Shown in pieces: positions 1-11,927 of a DNA stretch of 64,000 nt; the first letter of the stretch is position 1; each line of letters opens with the position of its first letter. Source of the stretch: Gammaproteobacteria bacterium. GTDB taxonomy: Bacteria; Pseudomonadota; Gammaproteobacteria; Burkholderiales; SHXO01. The stretch spans positions 15,246 through 79,245 of the forward strand of contig JBGPOV010000005.1 of the NCBI GenBank assembly GCA_041488255.1, written 5' to 3'. A program made the position numbers and the translations under genes. The notes beneath the pieces are model-generated. The model saw only the letters and a list, made by a program, of their open reading frames with translations, was not told the DNA's origin and did not search any database.

Positions 1-934
1 TGCCGCCGAACGCAGAGGTGGGATCGGTGGCGAAGGCGCGCCTGTATGCGCTCAGCAGGTCGACCGCCACCGCGACCCCGCAAGGGTTGGCATGCTTGAG
101 GATCACACAGGCGGGCTGGTCGAAGGTCTTGACGCACTCCCACGCTGCGTCCGCGTCGGCGATATTGTTGTAGGACAACTCTTTGCCCTGGCGTTGAACA
201 TAATTGGACAGCGCGCCAGGCACGGACCGAAGGTCGCGGTAGAACGCCGCCAGCTGGTGCGGGTTCTCGCCATAGCGCAAGTCCTGCAGCTTGACGAAGT
301 TGAGGTTGAGCCGTTGCGGGAACTGCTCGCGGTTGCCCTCTGGGTCGATCGCCGTGAGGTAGTTGCCGATGGCGCTGTCGTAAGCAGCGGTGTGGGAGAA
401 GGCCTTGCGCGCCAGGCTGAACCGCGTGCGCACGCTGATGCCCCCGCCCGCTGACTGCATCTCCGCCAGCAGCTCTGCGTAGTCCGCCGGATCGCTTACG
501 GCTGCCACGTGCTGATAGTTTTTTGCGGCAGCGCGCAGCAGGCTCGGACCGCCGATATCGATGTTCTCGATCGCTTCGGTCAGGGAGCAGTCGGCCTTCG
601 CCACCGTCTGCGTGAACGGATAGAGGTTCACCACCACGATGTCGATGGTGGGAATGCCGGCCGCGCCCATGGCGTGCATGTGCGCAGGCACATCCCGTCG
701 AGCCAAGATGCCCGCGTGCACCTTCGGGTGCAACGTCTTCACCCGGCCGTCGAGCATCTCGGGGAACCCGGTGTAGGCGCCGACCTCCGTCACCTCGAGC
801 CCGGCCTCGCGCAGCAGCTTGGCCGTGCCACCAGTGGAAAGGATCGCGATGCCGATACGGGCAAGCCCCCGGGCCAGCTCGACGACGCCGCTCTTGTCGG
901 AGACGCTGATTAGCGCCTGTCGGATGGATGTCAT
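1..934 (-). CDS. purH: Bifunctional AICAR transformylase / IMP cyclohydrolase PurH, N-terminal part (3' end of gene lies beyond the window start)
   Basis: Absent from the ORF track because it runs off the edge. My reverse translation from ATG (comp. 934-932) gives [32 protein letters not shown]..., a typical PurH N-terminus. It lies downstream of dusB-fis, the usual order. Confidence 0.9.
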   Translation of the reverse strand, partial: MTSIRQALISVSDKSGVVELARGLARIGIAILSTGGTAKLLREAGLEVTEVGAYTGFPEMLDGRVKTLHPKVHAGILARRDVPAHMHAMGAAGIPTIDIVVVNLYPFTQTVAKADCSLTEAIENIDIGGPSLLRAAAKNYQHVAAVSDPADYAELLAEMQSAGGGISVRTRFSLARKAFSHTAAYDSAIGNYLTAIDPEGNREQFPQRLNLNFVKLQDLRYGENPHQLAAFYRDLRSVPGALSNYVQRQGKELSYNNIADADAAWECVKTFDQPACVILKHANPCGVAVAVDLLSAYRRAFATDPTSAFGG

Positions 935-1012
935 GGCAGGAAGGCGAGGACGTGACCGATGTCGCCGACGGAGCGGCCACAGCCCTGACTGTCCGCAGGC
1001 CGCGGCGCGCTG

Positions 1013-1261
1013 CTACTTGATCCCGTACTTGATCCCGTAGACCTTGATCTTCTTGCGCAAGGTGTTGCGGTTCATGCCGAGCAGCGTGGCGGCCATCGTC
1101 TGATTGCCGCCCACGCGGGTAAGCACGACCTCGATGAGCGGTTTTTCCACGCAACCGATGACCATGTCGTAGATGGCGGTGGGCTTTTCTCCGTCGAGGT
1201 CGCGGAAGTATCCGTCCAGCGTCCGGCGCACGATGCGCGCGATTTCGTTCTCGTTGATCAT
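1013..1261 (-). CDS. fis: DNA-binding protein Fis
   Basis: 82-aa ORF with C-terminal HTH GGNQTMAATLLGMNRNTLRKKIK. The start overlaps the dusB stop (ATGA). The C-terminus carries a duplicated YGIK. Confidence 0.9.
   Translation of the reverse strand: MINENEIARIVRRTLDGYFRDLDGEKPTAIYDMVIGCVEKPLIEVVLTRVGGNQTMAATLLGMNRNTLRKKIKVYGIKYGIK
1016..1039 (-). repeat. Perfect 12-bp tandem duplication (cttgatcccgta x2) inside the 3' end of fis
   Basis: Read directly: 1016-1027 is identical to 1028-1039, encoding YGIK-YGIK just before the stop at comp. 1015-1013. Confidence 0.95.
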
Positions 1262-2268
1262 GCTGCGAGCCCCTCCTCCCCGTAGGTGAGCCGCTCGTTG
1301 TGCTCCGCGAGCTGGACGAAAAAGGCGGCGACCGCCGCCAATTGCTGCCTCGCGGTCTCGAGCCGGTTCATGCTTTGGCGAAACGCGGCCGAACCGGCCA
1401 GTTCTTTGGTGTACCAGCAGATGTGCTTGCGCGCGATCCGCACGCCTGCCTCCTCTGCATAGAACGCGTACAGATCGTGCAGATGATCGACCAGCAGGCG
1501 GCGCACCTCGGATACCTCGGGCGGCGGAAGCTTATCCCCGGTGGCGAGGTAATGGGTGATCTCGCGGAAAATCCAGGGCTTTCCCTGTGCTGCGCGCCCG
1601 ATCATGATCGCATCGGCCCGCGTCTGGTCGAGCACCCGCTTCGCCTTCTCCGGGCCGTCGACGTCGCCGTTGGCCATCACCAGGATGCTCACCTGCGACT
1701 TCACCGCGGCGATGGTGTCGTACTCCGCCTGGCCGGTGAACCCACAGGCACGCGTGCGGCCGTGGATAGCCAACGCATGGACGCCCGCCGACTGGGCGAT
1801 CCTGGCCACGCGCACGGCGTTGCGGTGGTGCTGGTCCCACCCGGTGCGCATTTTCAGCGTGACAGGCACGTCCACCGCCCCCACCACGGCGTCCAGGATG
1901 CGCCCCACCAGTTCTTCGTCCTTGAGCAGCGCCGAGCCTGCAGCCACGTTGTAGACTTTCTTGGCCGGGCAGCCCATGTTGATGTCGATGATCTGCGCGC
2001 CTTGGTCGACATTGTGCTTCGCCGCATCGGCCATCAGCTCGGGGTCGGCGCCCGCGATCTGCACCGAGATGGGGTCGACCTCGCCTTGGTGGTCGGCCCG
2101 GAGGCGGCTCTTCTGCGTCGCCCACAGGCGCGGGTTGCTCGCCACCATCTCGGACACCGCCATGCCCGCGCCGAGTCGCTTGCACAGCTGCCGGAACGGG
2201 CGGTCGGTGACCCCTGCCATGGGCGCGACGATCAGGTTGTTCTTGAGTATATGGGAGCCGATCTGCAT
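1258..2268 (-). CDS. dusB: tRNA-dihydrouridine synthase B
   Basis: ORF 1258-2352. Start taken at internal ATG 2268 (MQIGSHILKNNLIVAPMAGVTDRPFRQLC...), the conserved Dus N-terminus. dusB-fis operon. Confidence 0.9.
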   Translation of the reverse strand: MQIGSHILKNNLIVAPMAGVTDRPFRQLCKRLGAGMAVSEMVASNPRLWATQKSRLRADHQGEVDPISVQIAGADPELMADAAKHNVDQGAQIIDINMGCPAKKVYNVAAGSALLKDEELVGRILDAVVGAVDVPVTLKMRTGWDQHHRNAVRVARIAQSAGVHALAIHGRTRACGFTGQAEYDTIAAVKSQVSILVMANGDVDGPEKAKRVLDQTRADAIMIGRAAQGKPWIFREITHYLATGDKLPPPEVSEVRRLLVDHLHDLYAFYAEEAGVRIARKHICWYTKELAGSAAFRQSMNRLETARQQLAAVAAFFVQLAEHNERLTYGEEGLAA

Positions 2269-2386
2269 GGACGAACCGCCGTGCTCATCGCTGCGAGCGC
2301 GCGCAAACGAAGACGGCAATTCTAGCGCAATCGAAGCCGCGCGCCAGAACAAAATTCTTGCGCGGGTTGCGTCGCACAGCGCCGGC

Positions 2387-3550
2387 TCAGAATGGGCGCC
2401 CGAACATCATCTGCTGCATGAACGCGCGCTTAACGGGCGCAAGGCAATCGAGGAAGGTGAGCCCACACCCGCGCAGCCAGCGCAGCGGCAAGCGGTCGTT
2501 CGAGAACACCTGCACCAGCGCGTCCGTCAGCAGTACGCCGCTGGCGCGGTCGCAGCGGCGGCGGCTGGAATAGGCTGCGAGCACTTGGGCGCGGCCAGGA
2601 TCGCCGGGATGCGCCTGTATGCATTCGGCCAGCTCCCAGGCGTCGCGCAGTCCGAGGTTGAGGCCCTGGCCCGCTACCGGATGCAGCGTCTGCGCGGCGT
2701 TTCCGAGCAGGACAGTGCGAGCCGCAGCGGGCGGCTCCGCGATTCGCAGGGCCAGCGGAAACGCAGCTCGTCCCTCCACCGCGGTGAAGCTGCCCACCCG
2801 GCCACCGAAGGCTGACTGCAGGCGCGTCAAAAACGTACTCGCAGGCAACGAGCACAGCTGCTGCGCCGACTCCGGTCTGGTGGTCCACACCAGCGCAAAG
2901 CCTCGCTCGTGCGGAAGCAATGCCAGGGGGCCGTCGGGGGTGAACCGCTCGAACGCCCTGTTTCCGTGCGGTTTGGACGCGAGGACATTGGCCGCTACAG
3001 CGCTCTGGCCGTACTCGCGCACCGTCGCGCGCGTCATGGCCTGTGACGTCGCGCCACCGTCGGCTATCACCACCAGCCTGCCGTGCACGGCGCGCCGCGT
3101 CGAGGTGTCCTCGAACTGCACGCTGACGGAGTCGGCGCTTGCCTCGATTTGGGCTGCACGCGAACCCAGCAGCAGGGTGACGTTCGATGCCCGCTGCAGG
3201 GCGGCGTTCAGGGCGCGTCGCAGGGCAGCATAGGGGACGACGTAGCCCAGCGCAGGCACTCCGGTCTCGACGGCCGCCAGAACGGCGCGCCCAAACGCCC
3301 CGCGGTGAGATACGTGAATGGCCTCGATCGCAGTAGCGGGTGCGATTTCGCTCCACACGCCTAAGCGCTCGAGCACGAGCCGGCTGCCGAAGGACAAGGC
3401 CAGGGTGCGGGGGTCGTCTTCACGCAAGGGCTCGCCACGCGCTTCAGCCAGCAAGACAGAATGCTGGCTGTCACCCAGCGCCAGGGCGAGCGCAGCGCCG
3501 ACAGGCCCGCCGCCGACAATGACGACGTCGTGACCGGCGTTGGTCGTCAC
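2387..3550 (-). CDS. ubiH: FAD-dependent ubiquinone-biosynthesis hydroxylase (UbiH/UbiF/COQ6 family)
   Basis: ORF 2387-3670, but its first ~40 codons overlap pepP. GTG at 3550 overlaps the pepP stop (GTGA) and precedes the FAD fingerprint VVIVGGGPVGAALALAL. pepP-ubiH order as in E. coli. Confidence 0.8.
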   Translation of the reverse strand: MTTNAGHDVVIVGGGPVGAALALALGDSQHSVLLAEARGEPLREDDPRTLALSFGSRLVLERLGVWSEIAPATAIEAIHVSHRGAFGRAVLAAVETGVPALGYVVPYAALRRALNAALQRASNVTLLLGSRAAQIEASADSVSVQFEDTSTRRAVHGRLVVIADGGATSQAMTRATVREYGQSAVAANVLASKPHGNRAFERFTPDGPLALLPHERGFALVWTTRPESAQQLCSLPASTFLTRLQSAFGGRVGSFTAVEGRAAFPLALRIAEPPAAARTVLLGNAAQTLHPVAGQGLNLGLRDAWELAECIQAHPGDPGRAQVLAAYSSRRRCDRASGVLLTDALVQVFSNDRLPLRWLRGCGLTFLDCLAPVKRAFMQQMMFGRPF

Positions 3551-4863
3551 GGTTGCCGGCGCATCACTTCTTCGATGTCGGCGACCGTCTTGGGCGCTTC
3601 GATCGTGATCACTTCGCAGGCGTCCGGCGTCACCACCACGTCGTCCTCGACGCGCACACCGATGTTCCACAGATGTTGCGGCACGCCTTCGCCCGGTCGT
3701 ATGTAGCAGCCCGGCTCGACGGTGAGCACCATGCCGGGCTCAAGCGGGCGCCAAGCGCCGCCACGCTTGTAATCCCCGCAGTCGTGCACGTCCATGCCTA
3801 GCCAGTGCCCGGTGCGGTGCATGTAGAACTTACGGTAGTCGCCCGACTCGATCACAGCGTCGACCGTGCCCTGGCATAGGCCGAGGTCGATGAAGCCGCG
3901 CGCCAAGACCCTTACCGCGGCGTCGTGCGGAGCCTCCCAGGGCAGGCCCGCATTGACCTGCGCAATCGCCGCAGACTGGGCGGCCAGCACCAGCTCGTAC
4001 ACGTCGCGCTGTGGGCCCACGAAGCGGCCGTTGACCGGAAACGTGCGCGTGATGTCGGCGGCATAGCCGTCCAGCTCGCAGCCGGCGTCGACCAACAGCA
4101 GCTCGCCGTCCTTGAGCGGCTGGTCGTTGGCCACGTAGTGCAGCACGCAGGCGCTCGCGCCGCTGGCCACGATGGGCGTGTACGCCGGCGCCTGGGCGCC
4201 GTTGCGGCGGAACTCGTACAGCAGCTCGGCCTCGACCTCGTACTCGTGCAGGCCTGGACGCGTGCTTTGCATGGCGCGGCGGTGGGCCGCAGCGGAGATC
4301 TTCGCCGCACGGCGCATCACGCCCAGCTCGTTGGCATCCTTGACCAGGCGCATTTCGTCCAGCAGCTTGCGCACGTCGCGGATCTCGCCTGGCGCGGAGA
4401 TCCCGGTGCGTACTTGAGCGCGCACGCCGTTCAGCCACTGAATGACGCGCGCGTCCCACTCGGCATTCTCGCCCATGTCGCAGAATATCGCCGGCTGGTC
4501 GGCCAGCAGCTTCGGCAGCATCTCGTCCAGCTGTTTGACCGAGTAGGCCTCGTCGACGCCAAAGGCCTGCCGCGCGCCCTCGGGACCATAACGGAAGCCG
4601 TCCCAGATCTCGCGCTCGAGGTGCTTGTCGCGACAGAACAGCAAGCTGCGCGAGCCCTCACCGGCGATCAGTACCAAGACCGCGTCGGGCTCTGGGAACC
4701 CGGTCAGATAATAGAAATAGCTGTCGAAGCGGTAGGGGTAGTGGGCATCGCGGTTGCGCAGACGCTCTGGGGCCGTGGCGATCGCGGCTACACCGCGCTG
4801 CATCTGTCGCGCCAGCCGCAGGCGCCGCCCGCGGTAAAGTTCGAGGTTGGTCACACCATCCAT
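3547..4863 (-). CDS. pepP: Xaa-Pro aminopeptidase (M24B)
   Basis: 438 aa with ATG start. Metal-site motifs DAGCELDGYAADITRT, HRTGHWLGMDVHD and VLTVEPGCY. Confidence 0.9.
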   Translation of the reverse strand: MDGVTNLELYRGRRLRLARQMQRGVAAIATAPERLRNRDAHYPYRFDSYFYYLTGFPEPDAVLVLIAGEGSRSLLFCRDKHLEREIWDGFRYGPEGARQAFGVDEAYSVKQLDEMLPKLLADQPAIFCDMGENAEWDARVIQWLNGVRAQVRTGISAPGEIRDVRKLLDEMRLVKDANELGVMRRAAKISAAAHRRAMQSTRPGLHEYEVEAELLYEFRRNGAQAPAYTPIVASGASACVLHYVANDQPLKDGELLLVDAGCELDGYAADITRTFPVNGRFVGPQRDVYELVLAAQSAAIAQVNAGLPWEAPHDAAVRVLARGFIDLGLCQGTVDAVIESGDYRKFYMHRTGHWLGMDVHDCGDYKRGGAWRPLEPGMVLTVEPGCYIRPGEGVPQHLWNIGVRVEDDVVVTPDACEVITIEAPKTVADIEEVMRRQP

Positions 4864-4885
4864 CCTGCTGCGTCCGCAGCGTGTA

Positions 4886-4914
4886 ATTATAGGCCCGCGG
4901 CAATCGCCTGCTCA
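4886..4914 (-). promoter_or_regulatory. Possible sigma70 promoter of pepP-ubiH (TGAGCA-17 nt-TATAAT)
   Basis: Perfect TATAAT (comp. 4891-4886) about 22 nt upstream of the pepP ATG in otherwise GC-rich DNA. The -35 is weak (3/6). Confidence 0.3.
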
Positions 4915-5541
4915 GGGCTCGCGCAACACGCGTGTGCGCATGAGCGCCGCGACCTCTCTCTCGGGCGCGCTGCCGGCCTCCAGAGCCGCGACCACCCGGC
5001 GACGGTCGTCCAGGGTGCGGTTCTGGCTCAGTTTGAACTTGCCGCTGAGCTGTGCGATCTCGATCTCGAAGCCGACGATCGCGCCCAGCATCTGTCGCTG
5101 GAAGCCGCTGGGCAGGTCCATGCGCCACGGCGTCGCGCGTGGGCTCTCGAAGGTCTCCACGAGTCGCGTCGTGATGTACTCCAGCGCCGGCGGATCGTCA
5201 AGCAGACGCGCGCGTCCGGCGGCGTGCACCACTGCGTAGTTCCAGGTCGGCACACTCGGGTGTACGCCATACCACGACGGCGACACATAGGCGTGAGGGC
5301 CGTGAAAGACCGCCACGACCTCGGGCCGCTCCTCGAGAGTGTGCCAGTGGGGATTGGCGCGCGCAACGTGCCCGATCAAGGTCCCCTGGGCACCGCGCCC
5401 GCGGTCCAGCAGCAGCGGCAGGTGCGTGATCACGGGATCATCGGTGTCGGGAGATATCAGCGTCGCAAAGCCGTGCGACTCGATCAGCCTATGCAGCGCA
5501 TCGCGGTCGGTTTCGTGGAACGCATCGGGGAGATAGATCAT
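4912..5541 (-). CDS. FMN-binding negative transcriptional regulator, PaiB family
   Basis: 209 aa. MIYLPDAFHE...ITHLPLLLD...GHVARANPHW...GPHAYVSPSWY...VPTWNYAVVH matches the PaiB/FMN_bind_2 pattern. Confidence 0.75.
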   Translation of the reverse strand: MIYLPDAFHETDRDALHRLIESHGFATLISPDTDDPVITHLPLLLDRGRGAQGTLIGHVARANPHWHTLEERPEVVAVFHGPHAYVSPSWYGVHPSVPTWNYAVVHAAGRARLLDDPPALEYITTRLVETFESPRATPWRMDLPSGFQRQMLGAIVGFEIEIAQLSGKFKLSQNRTLDDRRRVVAALEAGSAPEREVAALMRTRVLREP

Positions 5542-5557
5542 ATCGGTCGGTCCTCCT

Positions 5558-7248
<1,691 letters not shown>

Positions 7249-7313
7249 GCAGTCGCGTTGCTCAGGTAATGCTTTTGTGCGATTTTATCGCCAAATCACA
7301 CCAACAAGCCACG

Positions 7314-9590
7314 ATGCTATCCCACCGCCGCGCGGTGCTGGCGCTCACGGTCCTGGTGGTGGCGGCCGCAGCCGCGCGCGCGCAGGACGCCGCGCCTGAC
7401 AGGCTGGACCCCGCTCTGGGCCTGAAGCCCAGGCTGCAGGAGTCCCTGCTGCCACCGGTGGCGCCGGGCCAGGACGAGGATCTGCCGGTATTCGTCGAAG
7501 CCGACCGCATTCAGGGTACTCAGGGCGTCGACTTGGAGGCAGACGGAAACGTGGTGATGCGGCGCCGAGGCGAAGCCGTGTTCGCCGATCAACTCCGCTA
7601 CCTGTTCCAGACCCAAGACGTCACGCTGACCGGTAACGTGCGTTTCGACCGCCTGGGAGACATCATCACCGGCGACCGGGCGGTATTCAACCTCAAGACG
7701 GAGTCCGGCAACGTCGACAACCCAACCTACCGCTTTCGACAGTTTCATGCGCGCGGGCAGGCCAGCGAGTTGATCATCCGGGACCGAGACCGCTACCGCG
7801 CCATCCGGGCTACCTACACCAACTGCGACGTCGGCCGCGACGACTGGTACATGAAGGTCCAGCGGCTGGACATCGACCGCCTGCGCGACGTCGGCGTGGC
7901 GCACAACGCCACCCTCTACTTCGAAGATGTCCCGATCATGTACACGCCGTGGATGGACTTCCCGATCTCCAGCCGGCGTAAGAGCGGCTTTCTGCCTCCG
8001 ACCTTCGGCACGTCCGGCTCTACCGGTTTCGAGTTCCTGTTGCCGTACTACTGGGACATCAAGCCGAATATGGACTACACGGTTGCCCCCCGGGTGATGG
8101 CCAAACGCGGCGTGATGCTGGACAACGAGTTCCGCTACCTGGAGCCCAAGTTCAAAGGGCAGATAGAGGCCGACATTCTCCCTGACGATCGCGCCACGGG
8201 CACCAGCCGCTGGTTCGTGTCCTTGCTGCATACGGAGACCTTCGCCCGCGGCCTGACCGGGGGGCTCAACCTGCAAAAGGTGTCGGACAACAACTATTTC
8301 ACGGATTTTTCCGCCAGTATCGCGCTCACGTCCCAGAGCGTTCTGCCGCAGGAGGCTTGGCTCAACTATGAGGGCGGCTGGTGGCGCGCCTATGGCCGCG
8401 TCGAGCATTTCCAGACGATTAACACCTCGGTCTTCTCGCCCTATTCACAGGTGCCCCAGGTGACGCTGGTGGCGTCCCAGCAGGACGTCCGGGGGTTCGA
8501 CCCGGCGTTCTCGGGCTCGGTGGTGAACTTCGAGCACCCGACGCTGCTCAGCGGCTGGCGTCAGACCTACTACCCGTCGGTGACCTATCCATGGCGTACG
8601 CCTCTGTTCTACGTCACACCCAAGATCGGCTTCAACTTTACCCACTACGACTACCCCGGCAGCGATGTCCCGGCGGCGACGCGCTCGCTTCCGATCCTGA
8701 GCGTGGATAGCGGAATGAGTTTCGAGCGCGACACCACGATCGGGGGCCGCGACTTCGCGCAGACCCTGGAGCCGCGGCTGTACTACCTCTACATCCCGTT
8801 CCGCAACCAGGACCAGCTGCCTATCTTCGACAGCTCGCTCAAGGATTTCAACTTCACCACCATCTTCAGCGAGAACATATTCAGCGGCGGCGACCGCATC
8901 AACAATGCGAACCAGGTTACCGCCGCCGCGATCAGCCGCCTGATCGACCCAGCGACCGGCGTCGAGCAGCTGCGTGTGCTGCTCGGCCAACGCTACTACT
9001 TCACTCCTCAGGACGTTACGCTGTTCAGCACTTTGCCGACGACCCCGGTTCCCAACGTCGGGGCCACGACGACGTCTCGCTCCGATCTGCTGGCGGCCTT
9101 CTCCGGCAAGCTCACGCCCACCTGGTCGCTCGACACAGGCATTGACTACGGTGTCAACCCCTCGCAGGTCCAGCGCTTCGACGTGGCGTTGCGCGACCAG
9201 CCCGAACCGGGCAAGGTCCTGAACTTGAGCTACCGCTACACACGCGACTACGTGGACCAGATCGACATCTCCGCCCAGTGGCCGCTTTCGCGCCGCTGGG
9301 CAGCGCTGGCGCGCTGGAACTACTCGCTCCAGCCCAGCTCGTTGTTGGAGGGGCTGCTGGGCCTCGAATATAATCACGACTGCTGGGTTCTGCGTTTCGT
9401 CATCCACCGTTTCGTAACGGCGACGGACACGTGGAGCAACCAGTTTTTCGTCCAGCTGGAGCTCACCGGGCTGTCACGCTTGGGTAGCAACCCGTTCCAG
9501 GTCTTGCGGCAGGGCATCGGGGGCTATACCGCGCCGACGCTGCGTTCGCGAGTCCCCGGCGAGTACTATCCGGGAATGGACGAGCAGTGA
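7314..9590 (+). CDS. lptD: LPS-assembly outer-membrane protein LptD
   Basis: ORF 7269-9590. Start taken at ATG 7314, which gives signal peptide MLSHRRAVLALTVLVVAAAAARAQD. OstA N-domain plus large beta-barrel. Followed by surA. Confidence 0.9.
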   Translation: MLSHRRAVLALTVLVVAAAAARAQDAAPDRLDPALGLKPRLQESLLPPVAPGQDEDLPVFVEADRIQGTQGVDLEADGNVVMRRRGEAVFADQLRYLFQTQDVTLTGNVRFDRLGDIITGDRAVFNLKTESGNVDNPTYRFRQFHARGQASELIIRDRDRYRAIRATYTNCDVGRDDWYMKVQRLDIDRLRDVGVAHNATLYFEDVPIMYTPWMDFPISSRRKSGFLPPTFGTSGSTGFEFLLPYYWDIKPNMDYTVAPRVMAKRGVMLDNEFRYLEPKFKGQIEADILPDDRATGTSRWFVSLLHTETFARGLTGGLNLQKVSDNNYFTDFSASIALTSQSVLPQEAWLNYEGGWWRAYGRVEHFQTINTSVFSPYSQVPQVTLVASQQDVRGFDPAFSGSVVNFEHPTLLSGWRQTYYPSVTYPWRTPLFYVTPKIGFNFTHYDYPGSDVPAATRSLPILSVDSGMSFERDTTIGGRDFAQTLEPRLYYLYIPFRNQDQLPIFDSSLKDFNFTTIFSENIFSGGDRINNANQVTAAAISRLIDPATGVEQLRVLLGQRYYFTPQDVTLFSTLPTTPVPNVGATTTSRSDLLAAFSGKLTPTWSLDTGIDYGVNPSQVQRFDVALRDQPEPGKVLNLSYRYTRDYVDQIDISAQWPLSRRWAALARWNYSLQPSSLLEGLLGLEYNHDCWVLRFVIHRFVTATDTWSNQFFVQLELTGLSRLGSNPFQVLRQGIGGYTAPTLRSRVPGEYYPGMDEQ

Positions 9591-9673
9591 CCTCGACCGG
9601 GCTCACCTCCCGAACCAACGCCCAGCCGAGCTGACCAAGTTCGCATCCCAACCCACAACCCGTTCGTTGCGGC

Positions 9674-10993
9674 ATGAGGGTCCTGTTCCGCTGTCTGCTT
9701 CTGAGTCTGCTGACGCTCGCGGCCATGTGCGCTCCGGCTGCGCAGGAGGCCAATCCGCCGCCCCGGTCCGTGGCCGACGTCGACCGCGTTGTGGCGGTGG
9801 TCAACGACGAGGTGATTACCCTGCTCGAGCTGGGCCGCGAGGCCCGCATGGCCGTCGAACAGCTGCGGCGGCAGGGCACGCCGCTGCCCGCGCGCGACAT
9901 CCTGGAGAAGCAGTTGCTCGAGCGCATGATCACCAAGCGTGCGCTGCTCCAGTACACGCGCCAGACCGGGTTGCGGGTGTCCGACGCGGACCTCGACCGG
10001 GCCGTCGACCGGATCGCCGAGGACAACAAGCTCACGCCGGCCAGCCTACGCGAAACCCTTGAGCGCGACGGCGTCCCCTTCGCCCGGTTCCGCGAGAACC
10101 TGCGTTCGGAGATGCTGATCGGGCGCTTGCGCGATCGAGAGGTAGACAGCCGAGTCGTAGTCAGCGATGCCGAGATCCAGAGCTTTTTGCGCGGCCAGGA
10201 GAGCCAGATCGACAAGGTCGACGAGTACAATCTCGCGCACGTCCTGGTGGCTGTCCCGGAACAGGCCACGCCGGAAGAGCTCAAGACGCGTCGCGCCCGC
10301 GCCGAGACGGCCCTGTCCCAGATCCGCCAGGGCGCTGACTTCCGCCAGGTGGCGGCGAGCTTCTCCGACGCGCCAGATGCCTTTGACGGCGGGGCCATGG
10401 GCTGGCGCCCCGCCGCGCGCCTCCCGAGCATTTTCTTGGAGGCGGCCAAGGGCCTCAAGGTCGGGCAATCCAGCGATATCCTGCGCAGCCCTGCCGGCTT
10501 CCACATTCTCAAGCTGATAGAAAAGCGCGGCTTGGACACGCCTGTCATAGTCACCCAGACCCATGCGCGCCACATCCTCGTGCGGCTCAACGAAGTGGTG
10601 TCGGAGAACGACGCTAAGAATCGCTTGACCGACCTCAAGGACCGCATCGAGCACGGCACTGATTTCGGCGAGTTGGCGCGTCTGCATTCGGACGACCCGT
10701 CGGCGGCCCGCGGCGGTGACCTGGGCTGGATTACACCCGGCGACGTAGTGCCGGAGTTCGAGCACGCTATGGACGCGCTCAAACCTGGACGGGTGAGCGA
10801 GCCGTTCAAGTCGCCCTTCGGCTGGCACATCGTCCAAGTGCTGGAGCGGCGCGAACAGGACATGTCCAAGGACCGCCAGAAACTGGCGGCGCGCCAGGCG
10901 ATCCGCCAGCGCAAATCGGAAGACCAGTGGCAGGAGTGGGTACGCCAGCAGCGGGACAAGACGTACGTGGAGTATCGCCTAGAAGACAAATAG
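9674..10993 (+). CDS. surA: Periplasmic chaperone / peptidyl-prolyl isomerase SurA
   Basis: 439 aa with a signal peptide. Two parvulin domains (HILV...GGAMGW, HILVRL...GGDLGWI...FGWHIVQV). Confidence 0.9.
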   Translation: MRVLFRCLLLSLLTLAAMCAPAAQEANPPPRSVADVDRVVAVVNDEVITLLELGREARMAVEQLRRQGTPLPARDILEKQLLERMITKRALLQYTRQTGLRVSDADLDRAVDRIAEDNKLTPASLRETLERDGVPFARFRENLRSEMLIGRLRDREVDSRVVVSDAEIQSFLRGQESQIDKVDEYNLAHVLVAVPEQATPEELKTRRARAETALSQIRQGADFRQVAASFSDAPDAFDGGAMGWRPAARLPSIFLEAAKGLKVGQSSDILRSPAGFHILKLIEKRGLDTPVIVTQTHARHILVRLNEVVSENDAKNRLTDLKDRIEHGTDFGELARLHSDDPSAARGGDLGWITPGDVVPEFEHAMDALKPGRVSEPFKSPFGWHIVQVLERREQDMSKDRQKLAARQAIRQRKSEDQWQEWVRQQRDKTYVEYRLEDK

Positions 10994-11102
10994 GAAAGCC
11001 GGTGCGGTCGATCCATGTACTCCCATATGCCGCGCCGGCGCTTTGAATTCGGCACAACGCACTGGAGCGCATTAGCCTCCACCGAAACGACGGCGCTAAT
11101 GT

Positions 11103-11882
11103 ATGCATCCGCATAGACCGCGCCGTCGTTTTGGCCAGAACTTTCTGGTCGACCGCGCTTACATCGACCGCATCATCCAAACCATAGACCCGCAGCCCCG
11201 CGATCACGCAGTGGAGATAGGCCCTGGGTTCGGTGCGCTGACTGGCCCGCTCTTGGAGCGCGTAAGCGTGTTGCACGTCGTGGAGATCGACCGTGACATC
11301 GTCGCGCGCCTGGCGTCTCAATTCGCCCCGGAGCGATTGATCGTGCACCAGGGCGATGCATTGGAGTTCGATTTCGGCGCGCTGGGACCGGGGTTGCGAT
11401 TGATCGGCAATCTGCCCTACAACATCTCCTCGCCGATGCTGTTCCACGCGGCCAAGTTCGCCTCGGCGATCCGCGACTGCCATTTCACGCTGCAGCGGGA
11501 GGTGGTGGACCGGATGGCGGCCAGCCGAGGCGGTAAGACCTACGGTCGGCTATCGGTGATGCTGCAATACCGCTTCCGGGTCGAGAAGCTGTTCGACGTG
11601 CCGGCAGGCGCGTTCCGACCCGCGCCCCGGGTGAACTCCGCCTTCGTGCGCCTCACGCCACACGCGGTGCTGCCTGCGCTGGCGCGCGACGAGCGTGTGC
11701 TTGCGGCGCTCGTAAGGAAGGCGTTCAGCCAGAGGCGCAAGACACTGCGCAACGCGCTGGCGGATTACGCGACTGGGGAGGAGCTATCCGCGTTGGGGCT
11801 GAGCCCGCAGCTGCGGCCGGAGAACTTGTCGTTGGAGGACTTTGTGCGCTTGGCCAACGCCGTGGCCGGCCGGCAGCACTGA
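11103..11882 (+). CDS. rsmA: 16S rRNA (adenine1518/1519-N6)-dimethyltransferase
   Basis: 259 aa. RRRFGQNFLVD, EIGPGFGALT and NLPYNISSP motifs. Confidence 0.9.
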   Translation: MHPHRPRRRFGQNFLVDRAYIDRIIQTIDPQPRDHAVEIGPGFGALTGPLLERVSVLHVVEIDRDIVARLASQFAPERLIVHQGDALEFDFGALGPGLRLIGNLPYNISSPMLFHAAKFASAIRDCHFTLQREVVDRMAASRGGKTYGRLSVMLQYRFRVEKLFDVPAGAFRPAPRVNSAFVRLTPHAVLPALARDERVLAALVRKAFSQRRKTLRNALADYATGEELSALGLSPQLRPENLSLEDFVRLANAVAGRQH

Positions 11883-11927
11883 TGCTTCGACGCAGAGGAG
11901 GACAGAAAGCACATCTGTTGATAGCGT

